A stretch of DNA of 64,000 nucleotides from an uncultured Holophagales bacterium (GTDB taxonomy: Bacteria > Acidobacteriota > Thermoanaerobaculia > UBA5066), in NCBI GenBank assembly GCA_964384675.1, contig CAYLNK010000001.1, positions 5,518 through 69,517 of the forward strand, given 5' to 3'. The position numbers were made by a program, and so were the translations under genes. Shown piece after piece: positions 55,172 through 64,000 of the stretch (position 1 is its first letter; every line of letters starts with the position of its first letter). Under the pieces are notes generated by a model. That model was not told the origin of the DNA and searched no databases. It worked only from the letters and a program-made list of their open reading frames with translations.

Positions 55172-57633
55172 TCGTCGTCGTCCACGCGGGGGGAGACGAA
55201 CGCCGCGTTGACGGGGGCGGGCATCACCGAGCCGGCGCCGCGCACGCTCTTCCAGATCGCCTCGTTCAGCGGGATATCCGGCGCGGCGTCCTCGCGCGTC
55301 AGGTCCCACGAGCCCGACTCGGCCTGCATCGGCGCACCCTCCTCGTTCCTCTCGTAGAGCGGAAGGGTGGCCGGGCGGTGGCGGTACGGCGTGAGGTCCG
55401 GCGTGTCCCGGAAGGCGTTGGACATCGGCGTCGCCGACGCGTCGTGCTGCGACAGGGGGGGAAGTCCGAGGATCAGCTCGATCGTGCGCAGGACCGAGGT
55501 GGTCGAGTAGAGCGTGGAGTCGACGGCGCCGCCCCGCCGCGTGTAGGGCGAGACGACGAGCGCGATCGACCGGTGGGCGTCGACGTGGTCGGACCCGTTC
55601 TGGGCATCGTCCTCCACCACGAAGACGGCGGTCTCTTTCCAGAACGGCGTCGCCGAGAGGGCCTCGACGAGGCGGCCGAGCGCCAGGTCGTTGTCGGCCA
55701 CCATGGCCCGCGGCGTCAGCGCCCCCCGCTTCGTGCCCGCGGTGTGGTCGTTCCCGAGCCGCACGATCGAGAGGCGCGGCAGCTCCCCCTTCGCCACGTA
55801 GTCCCGCAGCTCCTTCAGCCAGAGGTCCACGCGGGCGTTGTCGGTGATGTCGAGGTCGAAGCCGGGGTAGAAGGGACAGGTCACGCCTTTCAGGACTCTG
55901 CCTTTCCCCTCGACCAGACCGCCGGGGGCCGGGGCCTCGGGACCCTGCTCGGGCGCGACCCCGACGAACTCCCCGTAGTTGCGGATCGAGAGGCCCGCGC
56001 GCGCGGCGGCATCCCAGAGATAGCCCGCGGTGGGCGCCGGAGCGTCGTCGTCGCCCTCGAACCAGTACGCGAAGCCGTTCCCGGCGTAGAGCGGGGGCCA
56101 CACCTTCTCGGTGAGGTCGGTGGCGTAGGCCGCCGTCGACCAGTTGTGCCCGTCGGCCGAGACCTCGGCGTCACAGTAGAAATCGTCGAGGAGGACGAAC
56201 TCGTCGACGAGGGCGTGCGCGTTCGGGGTGACGTCCTTCCCGAAGATCGTGATCGACGGGTCGCCGTTGCCGCGGGGGACGTCGCCCAGGACCTGGTCGT
56301 ACGTCCGGTTCTCACGGATGACGTAGACGACGTGGCGGATCGGCGTCGGCTCGCCCGGGAGCGACGGGATCACGCGCGAGGGACGCGCCGGGGAGGCGCC
56401 GCGCGCCGCCGGCTTCCGGTTCCGGTAGGCGCGCACGGTCAGGGCCGCGAGCTCGCGCGTGGACGGGACCGGGATGCGCGAGAGGCTGCCGGGCAGGTGC
56501 CGGATGTCGCCTTCCGGGTGCGCGCCCCGCGATCCCAGGTCGGGACCGGTGGCGCGGTTCTGCATCGAGCCGCTCCCCTTGGCGTTGGCCGCGTAGAGGG
56601 TCCGGCCGTCCGGCGCGAGCGCCAGCGCCGACGGGTACCAGCCGGACGGGATGAAACCGGTCGCGCGCGCGGCGACGGGCCCCTTCGAGAGGTCGACCAC
56701 GGCGATGGCGTCGTCGTCCGCGTTGGCGACGTAGAGCGTCCGCCCGTCCGGCGAGAGGGCGAGCGCGTTCGGCGTGGATCCGTCGGGGAGCGTGTCCGCC
56801 GACGGGGTCCCCGGTCCGTCGGGACCCATCGCCACCGAGATCTGCCGCACGACCCGGGGGCGCGCGAGGTCGATCGCGGCCACCCAGTTGCGGTTCGCCT
56901 CGGCGACGTAGAGCGTCGCGCCGTCGGGGGAGAAGACGAGGTCGCACGGGTGATCGGCGGTGGGGACCGTCGCGACGACGCGGCCCTCGGCCGCGTCGAC
57001 GAGGCTGACCGTCGCCCCGGCCCAGCTCGAGACCGCCACCAGCCGTCCGTCCGGCGACAGCACCGGACGGTACGGGAACCGCCCCACCGGGATTCCGGGT
57101 CCGACGGCGCCGGTCGCGAGATCGACCCGTACGAGGTCGTTCCGGAGGATCCGGGCCACCCAGAGCGAGCGTCCATCGGCCGTGACCGCGAGCCCGGAAG
57201 GGATCGATTCCTCGGCCGGCCGCCCGCCGCTCACGTCGATCGGGGTCTCCGGGACCAGCCGGTCGTCCTCGATGCGGAAGACCAGCACGTCGCCGCCCTT
57301 GGCCCCCGAGAGGAACGCCCGTGCGCCGTCCGGAGTGACGGCGAGCCCGAGCCAGGAGCGCATCGCCGGCGCGACGTGAAGCACGCGCCCGGACGTCGTG
57401 TCGAGGAGCTGGAGGCGCTGGTCGTCCGAGCCGGTGGACGCGACCAGGAGACGCTTGCCGCCCGGCACGACGGCGACGGCGAACGGCGAGGTCGCGACCG
57501 GTGTCTGGGCGCCGGTCGGCGTGAGGGTCCGGCCGTTGGGGAGGGGGATCTCCAGAGGGCGCGGGGCGAGCGGGCGCTGGGCGGCGGCGAGGCAATCGGC
57601 GAGGAGGAGCGCGAGCGGCAGCAGGCGGCGCAT
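55132..57633 (-). CDS. Secreted bifunctional-type protein: YncE/YVTN seven-bladed beta-propeller fused to a phosphoesterase-family (phospholipase C / AcpA acid phosphatase-like) domain.
   Basis: Signal MRRLLPLALLLADCLAAA. Repeated ..SPDG(R)TLYVA.. blades. C-terminus IRENRTYDQVLGD...LGNDHTAG...VVEDDAQNGSDHVDAHR is typical of PF04185 phosphoesterases. Its 3' end converges on the upstream gene with a 40-nt overlap. Confidence 0.8.
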   Translation of the reverse strand: MRRLLPLALLLADCLAAAQRPLAPRPLEIPLPNGRTLTPTGAQTPVATSPFAVAVVPGGKRLLVASTGSDDQRLQLLDTTSGRVLHVAPAMRSWLGLAVTPDGARAFLSGAKGGDVLVFRIEDDRLVPETPIDVSGGRPAEESIPSGLAVTADGRSLWVARILRNDLVRVDLATGAVGPGIPVGRFPYRPVLSPDGRLVAVSSWAGATVSLVDAAEGRVVATVPTADHPCDLVFSPDGATLYVAEANRNWVAAIDLARPRVVRQISVAMGPDGPGTPSADTLPDGSTPNALALSPDGRTLYVANADDDAIAVVDLSKGPVAARATGFIPSGWYPSALALAPDGRTLYAANAKGSGSMQNRATGPDLGSRGAHPEGDIRHLPGSLSRIPVPSTRELAALTVRAYRNRKPAARGASPARPSRVIPSLPGEPTPIRHVVYVIRENRTYDQVLGDVPRGNGDPSITIFGKDVTPNAHALVDEFVLLDDFYCDAEVSADGHNWSTAAYATDLTEKVWPPLYAGNGFAYWFEGDDDAPAPTAGYLWDAAARAGLSIRNYGEFVGVAPEQGPEAPAPGGLVEGKGRVLKGVTCPFYPGFDLDITDNARVDLWLKELRDYVAKGELPRLSIVRLGNDHTAGTKRGALTPRAMVADNDLALGRLVEALSATPFWKETAVFVVEDDAQNGSDHVDAHRSIALVVSPYTRRGGAVDSTLYSTTSVLRTIELILGLPPLSQHDASATPMSNAFRDTPDLTPYRHRPATLPLYERNEEGAPMQAESGSWDLTREDAAPDIPLNEAIWKSVRGAGSVMPAPVNAAFVSPRVDDDDQEGRKTSPGRPR

Positions 57634-57710
57634 CGACCCGGAGATTACTGCCCGCGCGCCGGATCCCGGTTTCGGGCGACAATCGCGCGGCCACTCATGG
57701 AGGGCAACCG

Positions 57711-60098
57711 ATGACACGCCCCTCGAGCAACCGGTCGATCCTCGTCCGCTCCGCGTGCGCCGCGACGGCTCTCGTCCTGCTCACGCTCGGCGCGGCTGCC
57801 GCGCCGGCGGCGCTGATCGTGAACGTCGTGGCGAGCCCGACGAACGTCCCGATCGGGCAGCCGGTGGCGTTCTCGGCCACCGTGACGGGCGGGGTCTCGC
57901 CGTTCCTGTACACCTGGAACTTCGCGGACGGAGGGAGCGCCAGCGGGGCGCTCACCGTCCACACGTTCGCGTCGGCCGGTCCGTTCAACGTCAAGTGCAC
58001 GGTGCGCGATTCCAGCCAGCCCGCGCAGATCGCGACGGGCAGCGTCACGGTGCGCGTCTCCAAGCCGCCGGACCCGATCGACTTCCAGGTGAAGGACACG
58101 GCAACGGGGGCGCTCCTTTCGTACTCGGAGGCGACGGGCTGGCGCGCCGTCGTCGGGGAGAACCTGACGTTCGTGCCGGTTCCGGCCGTCTCGACGCCCC
58201 TCTGGAGCTTCGGTGACGGCTCCAATTCGTTCGAGTCGCAGCCGGTCCACGCGTTCGAGAAGGCGGGCTCCTACACCGTCACCCTCACCGGGAGCGGGCA
58301 GACGAAGAGCGCCCTGGTCCTGGTGGAGACGCAGGCGGGTCCGCCCCTGACCGGCGCCTTCACCTACCGCTATGTCGACGGAGGCACCGTGGACCGGAAC
58401 GCCGTCGTGGCCGGGCGCTCGGTGCGCTTCTCGGCCTCCGATCCGGCGGACACCTATCTCTGGAGCTTCGGCGACGGCGGCGCGGCGGGCGCCCGCGAGG
58501 TCGACCACGCCTTCGGGGTGCCCGGGCTCTACACGACGAGCCTCGCGGTCACGCGTGGCGGCTCGCCTTCGGCGGCGAGCAGCGTCACCTTCGTGGTCGT
58601 GGGGCCGGGCGTGGTCACCGACACGTGGGTCCTCCCGGGTGTCGCGTTCAGCGACGGGCTGAACGGCGCCCTCTGGCAGTCCGACGTGACGCTGTTCAAC
58701 CCGAGCCCGACGCAGCCGATGACGGTGAGCCTGGCGTTCGCCGACGCCCGGCAGCCGCTCGCCGACCCGTCGCAGCTCGTCTACTTCCCCATCGTCGTCG
58801 ACCGGCAGCGGAGCGTGCGGTTCGTCAACGTCCTCACCGGCTACCCGTTCTACGCGTCGAAGGGAAGCTACGGCGCGCTTTTCCTGCGGGTGGCGAACGC
58901 CGACCAGTCCCCGGTCGTCACGGCCCGGACCTACAACACCGGTGACGGCAGCGGCACGTACGGCCTCGCCGTCCCGTCGCTCCCGGTCACGTCCGGCATC
59001 TCGGCGTCGAGCCCTCGCGCGGCGCGCACGCTGCTCGGGCTGAAGGAGAACGCCTCGGCGTACACGAACCTGGCCGTGGTCAACCTGGGCGGGGACCCGG
59101 CCGTCGCCGACGTGGCCTTGCTGGACCCGGCGGGCAGCCCCCTCGGCGTCCCGGTGCGCTTCGCGCTCGGACCGTACGGCGTGGCCCAGGTCGGACGGAT
59201 CCTGGCGGCCGCCGGCGTGACCGCCTCGGCCGACACCTTCGTCGCCGTCGTCACGCTCGTGTCCGGGACCTCGGTCGTGCCGTACGCCAGCGTCATCGAC
59301 GTCCTCTCGAAGGACCCGATCGTCGTCAATCCGGTGTCGACCCCCGCCTCCTCGTACCGCCTGCCGGGCATCGTGAGGACTCGCGGCCAGGGGAGCACCT
59401 TCTTCCGGAGCGACTTCTATCTTCACAACCCGTCCACCCAGATCCGGAAGCTGAACGTGTCGTACTCGTACCGCTCCGGTGACGGACCGCGCTTCGTCGC
59501 CTCGAACGTGCTGATCCTCCAGCCGCTGCAGACGATCGAGCTCGACGATTTCGTGAAGGAATGGCTCAAGCTCCCGCCCTCCGACACGGCCAGCTACGTC
59601 GACGCCTTCGTGGACGTCACCCCGGCGGCCGGAGATCCCGCCGGGGAGGCGGTGCTCGTCCTCGGCAAGACGTACAACTCGCAGCCGACCGGCTCGACGG
59701 GTCTCCAGGTCCCCGGGTACACCGCTGCCGACGCCGCTTCGGCGGCCGGCCCCGCCCGGCGCCTCCTGATGACCGGGCTGCAATCGACCGCGGCGTACCG
59801 CACGAACCTGGCGTTCTTCCTGGCCTATCCCGGAGCGACCGGCAGCGTCAGCGCGATGCTGCGGCTCTACGACGGATCGGGCGCGCTGGTGAGATCGCTT
59901 CCGATCACCCTCGACGACTTCACCAGCTTCGTCCAGAAGGGGGACTCCGAGCTGTTCGGCGGTCTCAGCGGCGACCGGACGCGGATCACGGCGGTCCTGG
60001 AGGACCCCACGGGCAGCGCTCCGGTCGCCGCATACGCCACCGTGCTCGACCAGGTCTCGGGGGACGCGGTCCTCGTCGTGGGCAAGCCGCAACCGTGA
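57711..60098 (+). CDS. Secreted protein with three PKD domains followed by two copies of the uncharacterised ~235-aa domain.
   Basis: Signal MTRPSSNRSILVRSACAATALVLLTLGAAAA. PKD: YTWNFADGGSASG, LWSFGDGSNSF, LWSFGDGGAAG. C-terminal repeats at nt ~58620-59336 and 59337-60095 share motifs with the genes at 6521 and 20092. Confidence 0.8.
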   Translation: MTRPSSNRSILVRSACAATALVLLTLGAAAAPAALIVNVVASPTNVPIGQPVAFSATVTGGVSPFLYTWNFADGGSASGALTVHTFASAGPFNVKCTVRDSSQPAQIATGSVTVRVSKPPDPIDFQVKDTATGALLSYSEATGWRAVVGENLTFVPVPAVSTPLWSFGDGSNSFESQPVHAFEKAGSYTVTLTGSGQTKSALVLVETQAGPPLTGAFTYRYVDGGTVDRNAVVAGRSVRFSASDPADTYLWSFGDGGAAGAREVDHAFGVPGLYTTSLAVTRGGSPSAASSVTFVVVGPGVVTDTWVLPGVAFSDGLNGALWQSDVTLFNPSPTQPMTVSLAFADARQPLADPSQLVYFPIVVDRQRSVRFVNVLTGYPFYASKGSYGALFLRVANADQSPVVTARTYNTGDGSGTYGLAVPSLPVTSGISASSPRAARTLLGLKENASAYTNLAVVNLGGDPAVADVALLDPAGSPLGVPVRFALGPYGVAQVGRILAAAGVTASADTFVAVVTLVSGTSVVPYASVIDVLSKDPIVVNPVSTPASSYRLPGIVRTRGQGSTFFRSDFYLHNPSTQIRKLNVSYSYRSGDGPRFVASNVLILQPLQTIELDDFVKEWLKLPPSDTASYVDAFVDVTPAAGDPAGEAVLVLGKTYNSQPTGSTGLQVPGYTAADAASAAGPARRLLMTGLQSTAAYRTNLAFFLAYPGATGSVSAMLRLYDGSGALVRSLPITLDDFTSFVQKGDSELFGGLSGDRTRITAVLEDPTGSAPVAAYATVLDQVSGDAVLVVGKPQP

Positions 60099-60142
60099 GG
60101 CGGCGCACCGGGGCTGGGCCCCGCTCGCGGTAGATTCGGGGG

Positions 60143-62050
60143 ATGAGCAGCACGCGGCTCGGCCGATACGCCCTCAAGAAACGCCTCGGATCGGGCGGCA
60201 TGGCCGAGGTCTGGGAGGCGTTCGACGAGACGCTCCACCGCACCGTCGCGGTGAAGGTGATCCGTCCCGCCATCTCGGGCGCGCCGGAGTTCGTGGAGCG
60301 GTTCCTCCGCGAGGCCCGGGTCGTCGCGAACCTGGAGCACCCGAACATCGTCCCCGTCTACGACTTCGGCAACGAGGGGGAGACCGCGTACCTCGTCATG
60401 CCGCTGGTCCCGGGCGGGACGCTGAAGGACCGGATGCGGGGTCCGATGGACCCGGCCTCGGCTCTGGACGCCATCGCCGCGATCGCCGCCGCCCTCGACC
60501 ACGCGCACGGCAAGTCGGTGCTTCACCGGGACGTCAAGCCGACGAACGTCCTGGTGGACCAGATCGGACGGCTGGTGCTCGCCGACTTCGGCCTGGCCAA
60601 GAGCACGATGGTCAGCTCCGAGCTGACCTCGACCGGGATGGTCGTCGGCACACCGGTCTACATGTCGCCCGAGCAGGCGCTCGGGCAGCAGGTGGATGGC
60701 CGCTCCGACCAGTACGCTCTCGCCGTTCTCGCCTTCGAGCTCCTGACCGGCCGGATCCCGTACGTCGCCGCGACGCCGATCGCGTTCCTCCAGCAGCACC
60801 TCCACGCGCCGCCCCCGGCCGCCACGTCGGTCAACAAGGCCCTTCCGCCCGCCGTGGACGCCGCGCTCGCGCGCGGCCTGGCCAAGCGCCCCGAGGAGCG
60901 CTACGACAGCTGCACGGCGCTCGCGGCGGCCATCGGCGAGGCGCTCGGAATCACGCTGGCGACGGCGCGCTGGCGGCCGACGGCCGGAGGCGGCCGACTG
61001 GCGTCCAGCTCCGTGCCCGCCCCGGCAACGCCGACTCCCGAGTCCGAGTCCGCGACGATCGTCCACCCGTCGTCGGGCCGCGTCTCACGTGCGTCGGCCA
61101 GCGGGGCCGCCACCCGGGCGACGGGGCAGACGTCGCCGACTCCGCCCCCCGTCACGCCGCCTCCGCTGCCGCGGGCCGTCCGTGGACCGATACCCTCGCC
61201 GCCACCCGAGCCGGTGGCCGAGCTCCCACGGTCCGGGACGATGCCGGCGCCCGCGCTTCCCTCCGAGTCCCGGCGGATGTCGATCCTGCCGCTCTTCCTG
61301 GTCCTCGCCGCCGTCGGGGCTCTGATCGGCTACCAGATCTACTCCGGCCGGAAGCCGGCCGGGCCCGTGGAGACCCCGGTCGCCACGCCGGTGCCCGCCT
61401 CGACCGTGCCGCCGGGAGCCCCGATCGTCCCCCTGGCGACCCCGGTCCCGACCGCCGTGCCGACGGTCGAGCCGACCGTGCCGCCGATCACGATCCGGGA
61501 GGTCGGGGCGACACCGGTCCCGGGCGAGCCCGAGCCGACACGGCCACCGCGAGCGCACCCCACGGCGCCTCCGCCCACGGAGCGCCCGCCGGAAGATCGC
61601 CCCCGGGGCGGGGCAACCCCGGTCGCCGAGGACCGGCGAGGGCCGTTGCGAAAAGGGGAGAAGCGCACCGGCGAAGCCACGGTCCCGTTCCGGCCCGGCG
61701 AGCGTGTCCCGGTTGGCGCGAAGATCGGGGACGCCACGATCCTCTGGGTCGAGGTGAAGGACATGCCGGACGACTCCGACTACCGGAAGGCGGAGAAGGA
61801 CCCGGAGCGGACCCACAAGATCACCGTCACCTTCACGTACGCCAACGCGGACGACGAGCACGACTACAAGTGCGACTACGGCGTGTCCCTTCTGGACGGC
61901 GCAGGGCGTGAGGTCGGCGCGGGCCAGCAGGATCGCTCCCTCAACAAGGGGGAGCGGAGCGACACCAACCGGATGTCGGTGAAGGGGCGCACCGCCGATT
62001 TCAAGTCGGTGCGGTCGATGCGCCTGAGGTTCCGGATGGAGGCGGACTAG
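60143..62050 (+). CDS. Hanks-type Ser/Thr protein kinase: N-terminal kinase domain, Pro-rich linker, single TM, extracytoplasmic C-terminal domain of unknown function.
   Basis: LGSGGMAEVWEAFD...AVKVI, HRDVKPTNVLV, DFGLAKS, GTPVYMSPEQ. TM ILPLFLVLAAVGALIGYQIY, then a Pro/Thr/Val-rich region and a ~150-aa C-terminal domain. Confidence 0.9.
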   Translation: MSSTRLGRYALKKRLGSGGMAEVWEAFDETLHRTVAVKVIRPAISGAPEFVERFLREARVVANLEHPNIVPVYDFGNEGETAYLVMPLVPGGTLKDRMRGPMDPASALDAIAAIAAALDHAHGKSVLHRDVKPTNVLVDQIGRLVLADFGLAKSTMVSSELTSTGMVVGTPVYMSPEQALGQQVDGRSDQYALAVLAFELLTGRIPYVAATPIAFLQQHLHAPPPAATSVNKALPPAVDAALARGLAKRPEERYDSCTALAAAIGEALGITLATARWRPTAGGGRLASSSVPAPATPTPESESATIVHPSSGRVSRASASGAATRATGQTSPTPPPVTPPPLPRAVRGPIPSPPPEPVAELPRSGTMPAPALPSESRRMSILPLFLVLAAVGALIGYQIYSGRKPAGPVETPVATPVPASTVPPGAPIVPLATPVPTAVPTVEPTVPPITIREVGATPVPGEPEPTRPPRAHPTAPPPTERPPEDRPRGGATPVAEDRRGPLRKGEKRTGEATVPFRPGERVPVGAKIGDATILWVEVKDMPDDSDYRKAEKDPERTHKITVTFTYANADDEHDYKCDYGVSLLDGAGREVGAGQQDRSLNKGERSDTNRMSVKGRTADFKSVRSMRLRFRMEAD

Positions 62051-64000
62051 ACAGGGGTCTCGCCCCGATCGCTTCGCGCACACGCGCGACGAGGTGGGCC
62101 GGGGAGAACGGCTTCTCGAGGAAAGCCGTTCCGTCCATCCCGGGAAGGGCTCCGTCGCTGAAGCCCGACATGAAGATCACCTTGAGCTCCGGGAGCTGAC
62201 CCGTCAGCTCCTCGGCCAGGCCCGGCCCCGTCATCCCGGGCATCACCGCGTCCGTCAGCAGCAGGTGGATCGGGTTCCAGTGGGCGGCGGCCACGGCCAA
62301 AGCTTCCTCTCCCGACGCGGCCTCGAGTACCTGGTAGCCGGAGGCGCGCAGGGTTCGCGCGGCGAACGTGCGTGTCGATTCCTCGTCCTCGACCAGGAGG
62401 ATCGTCTCGGCCCCGCGCTCCGCGGGGGGGGAAGGGCGCGCGGACACGCCCCGATCCTCGCCGCAGGGGAGGTAGACCTTGAAGACCGATCCGCGACCCG
62501 GCTCGCTGTACACGCCGATGTGTCCCCCGCTCTGCTTCACGATGCCGTAGACGGTGGAGAGGCCGAGCCCCGTGCCGCGTCCCGGCTCCTTCGTCGTGAA
62601 GAAGGGCTCGAAGATGCGGGGCAGCACGTCCGGCTCCATTCCCGTGCCCGTGTCCGACACGGAGATCAGGACGTACGGTCCGGGCGCGACATCCAGGTGG
62701 TGGCGTGTGTAGTCGTCCTCGAGCTCGACCTCGAGCGTCTCGATCGTCAACGTGCCGCCGTCCGGCATGGCGTCCCGGGCGTTCACCACCAGGTTCATCA
62801 GCACCTGCCCGAGGAGCCCGGGGTCGGCGCGGACGTGCCCGGGCACCGGCGCCAGCCGGACCCGGAGCTCCACGGACGGGCCTGCCAGATGGCCCAGCAG
62901 CTTCTCCAGCCCGGTCACGACCGCGTTGACGTCGACCAGCACCGGCTCGACCGGCTGGGACCTGCTGAACGCCAGGAGCTGCCGGGTCAGCGCCGCGGCG
63001 CGCTCTCCCGCCTTCCGGATCTCGTCCAGATCCTCGTGCAGCGGGGAGCCGGGCTCCGCACGCAGCTGGATGGCCTCGCTGTAGCCGAGGATCGGGGTGA
63101 GGAGGTTGTTGAAGTCGTGCGCCACGCTACCGGCGAGCTGACCCAGCGCCTCCATCTTCTGTGACTGGCGGAGCTGCTCCTCCAGCAGCCGGCGATCCGT
63201 GACGTCCAGGAAGGAGACCAGGACGGCTGCCTCCGACGAGGCCCCGGGGCGTCTCAGCTGCTCGGTGGTCACCGAGATCCAGCGGCGGCGTTCGCCCGGT
63301 GTCTCGACGCCGATCACCACGTCGTTGGAAGGAGTTCCTTCCCGCCGGGTGACGGCGCTCGGCAGGTCGTCCGGCGGGAGGGGCGAGCCGTCCTCCGCGA
63401 AGAAGCGAAGGCCGAGCTCCGACGGCTGACGGCCCAGGCAGTGGAGCGCCCGGCGCCCCAGGATCCGCTCGGCGGCCGGGTTCACGGTCTCGATGTCGCC
63501 GGCGGCATCCAGCACGATGACTCCGACGGCCAGCGAGAGGACCAGGGTGCGGTACCGCTCCTCGCTGAAGAGGAGCGCTTCCTCGGCCTGGCGCCGGGCG
63601 ACGACCTGACCACACTGACGCGCCAGGTCCGAGAGGGCCTCCAGGTCCTCCGGGGAGAGGAGCGGCGGCTCACCGTCGACGTGCAGCGCGAGGACACCCA
63701 CCGTGCCCGCATCCCCGATCATCGGGACCGAGACGGTGGATCGAAACGGCGTCCCGGCCGAGACGTCGGCGGGTGCGAGGTCCACCAGGGATCTCCCCGC
63801 CCTCCAGGCGCGGCCGGCCGGCTCTTCGCCGGGCGCCAGCGTCCGTTCGCCGTCGAGGGGCCCCGCGGTGGTCCGGCTCCAGCTGGAGAGCCGGGTCAGC
63901 ACGTTGCGACGGGGGTCGACGAGCCACAGCTCTCCCAGGTCGGCCCGCAGGGCCGCGGCAAGGCTCTCCAGGAGCCTGGGAGCCGCCTCCTCCAGGGTCG
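62001..64000 (-). CDS. Hybrid sensor histidine kinase (GAF-PAS-HisKA-HATPase_c-REC); 5' end extends beyond the window.
   Basis: The frame stays open upstream of the track start (…LLESLAAALRADLGELWLVDPRRNVLTRLSS… continues the GAF domain to nt 64000). H-box HDFNNLLT; G-box GTGLGLSTVYGIV; receiver LLVEDEESTR...LLLTDAVMPGMTG. Its 3' end overlaps the 3' end of the STK gene by 50 nt (convergent). Confidence 0.85.
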   Translation of the reverse strand, partial: TLEEAAPRLLESLAAALRADLGELWLVDPRRNVLTRLSSWSRTTAGPLDGERTLAPGEEPAGRAWRAGRSLVDLAPADVSAGTPFRSTVSVPMIGDAGTVGVLALHVDGEPPLLSPEDLEALSDLARQCGQVVARRQAEEALLFSEERYRTLVLSLAVGVIVLDAAGDIETVNPAAERILGRRALHCLGRQPSELGLRFFAEDGSPLPPDDLPSAVTRREGTPSNDVVIGVETPGERRRWISVTTEQLRRPGASSEAAVLVSFLDVTDRRLLEEQLRQSQKMEALGQLAGSVAHDFNNLLTPILGYSEAIQLRAEPGSPLHEDLDEIRKAGERAAALTRQLLAFSRSQPVEPVLVDVNAVVTGLEKLLGHLAGPSVELRVRLAPVPGHVRADPGLLGQVLMNLVVNARDAMPDGGTLTIETLEVELEDDYTRHHLDVAPGPYVLISVSDTGTGMEPDVLPRIFEPFFTTKEPGRGTGLGLSTVYGIVKQSGGHIGVYSEPGRGSVFKVYLPCGEDRGVSARPSPPAERGAETILLVEDEESTRTFAARTLRASGYQVLEAASGEEALAVAAAHWNPIHLLLTDAVMPGMTGPGLAEELTGQLPELKVIFMSGFSDGALPGMDGTAFLEKPFSPAHLVARVREAIGARPLSSPPPSGTSGASTAPT

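Noticed and set aside
57580-57633. Possible lipobox (LLLADC) in the YncE-phosphoesterase signal peptide.
   Set aside because: Asp at -1 is not acceptable for a lipobox. It is treated as an ordinary Sec signal.

Overview
The window is a high-GC (about 70%) bacterial chromosomal segment, densely coding on both strands. The six-frame track contains many long spurious antisense ORFs, so genes were called by protein-family recognition, signal peptides and start/stop geometry.

I support about 40 protein-coding genes. I found no rRNA, tRNA, CRISPR array or transposase/integrase.

The recognisable genes fall into five groups:
- Housekeeping metabolism: fumC, lhgO, a saccharopine dehydrogenase, serA, an acyl-CoA ligase, amidohydrolases and a D-aminoacylase.
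- A sugar ABC importer whose substrate-binding protein is fused to the first permease.
- An apparent osmoadaptation neighbourhood: a bifunctional-type sucrose-phosphate synthase translationally coupled to sucrose synthase, a ClC channel, an MscS channel, a MarR regulator, and a minus-strand operon encoding a CPA2 antiporter, a small membrane protein, a mannosyl-3-phosphoglycerate phosphatase, a GT81 glucosyl-3-phosphoglycerate-synthase-like enzyme and a TM-helix protein. A GT55 MpgS-like synthase is divergently transcribed.
- A signalling neighbourhood: a periplasmic two-component-regulator-propeller/Y_Y_Y sensor fused to GAF and a C-terminal Ser/Thr kinase, a second Hanks-type kinase, a hybrid histidine kinase, and a YncE-propeller/phosphoesterase.
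- Several large secreted proteins with He_PIG, CARDB, PKD, IPT and Ig-like repeats.

The most interesting observations:
- A roughly 235-aa uncharacterised domain occurs as a tandem pair at the C-terminus of three otherwise unrelated secreted proteins.
- An AT-rich palindrome TCGTTTGA-N2-TCAAAC occurs three times, each in a promoter region of an osmoprotection gene (sps/susy, mscS, mpgS). It looks like an operator of an undescribed regulon.
- The Tat-like signal-peptide region of the D-aminoacylase has no canonical start codon.
- Many gene pairs overlap by 4 nt (ATGA/GTGA/TTGA), as expected for translational coupling.

My position counting disagreed with the ORF track by 1 nt in at least two places, so coordinates I derived myself may be off by 1-2 nt.
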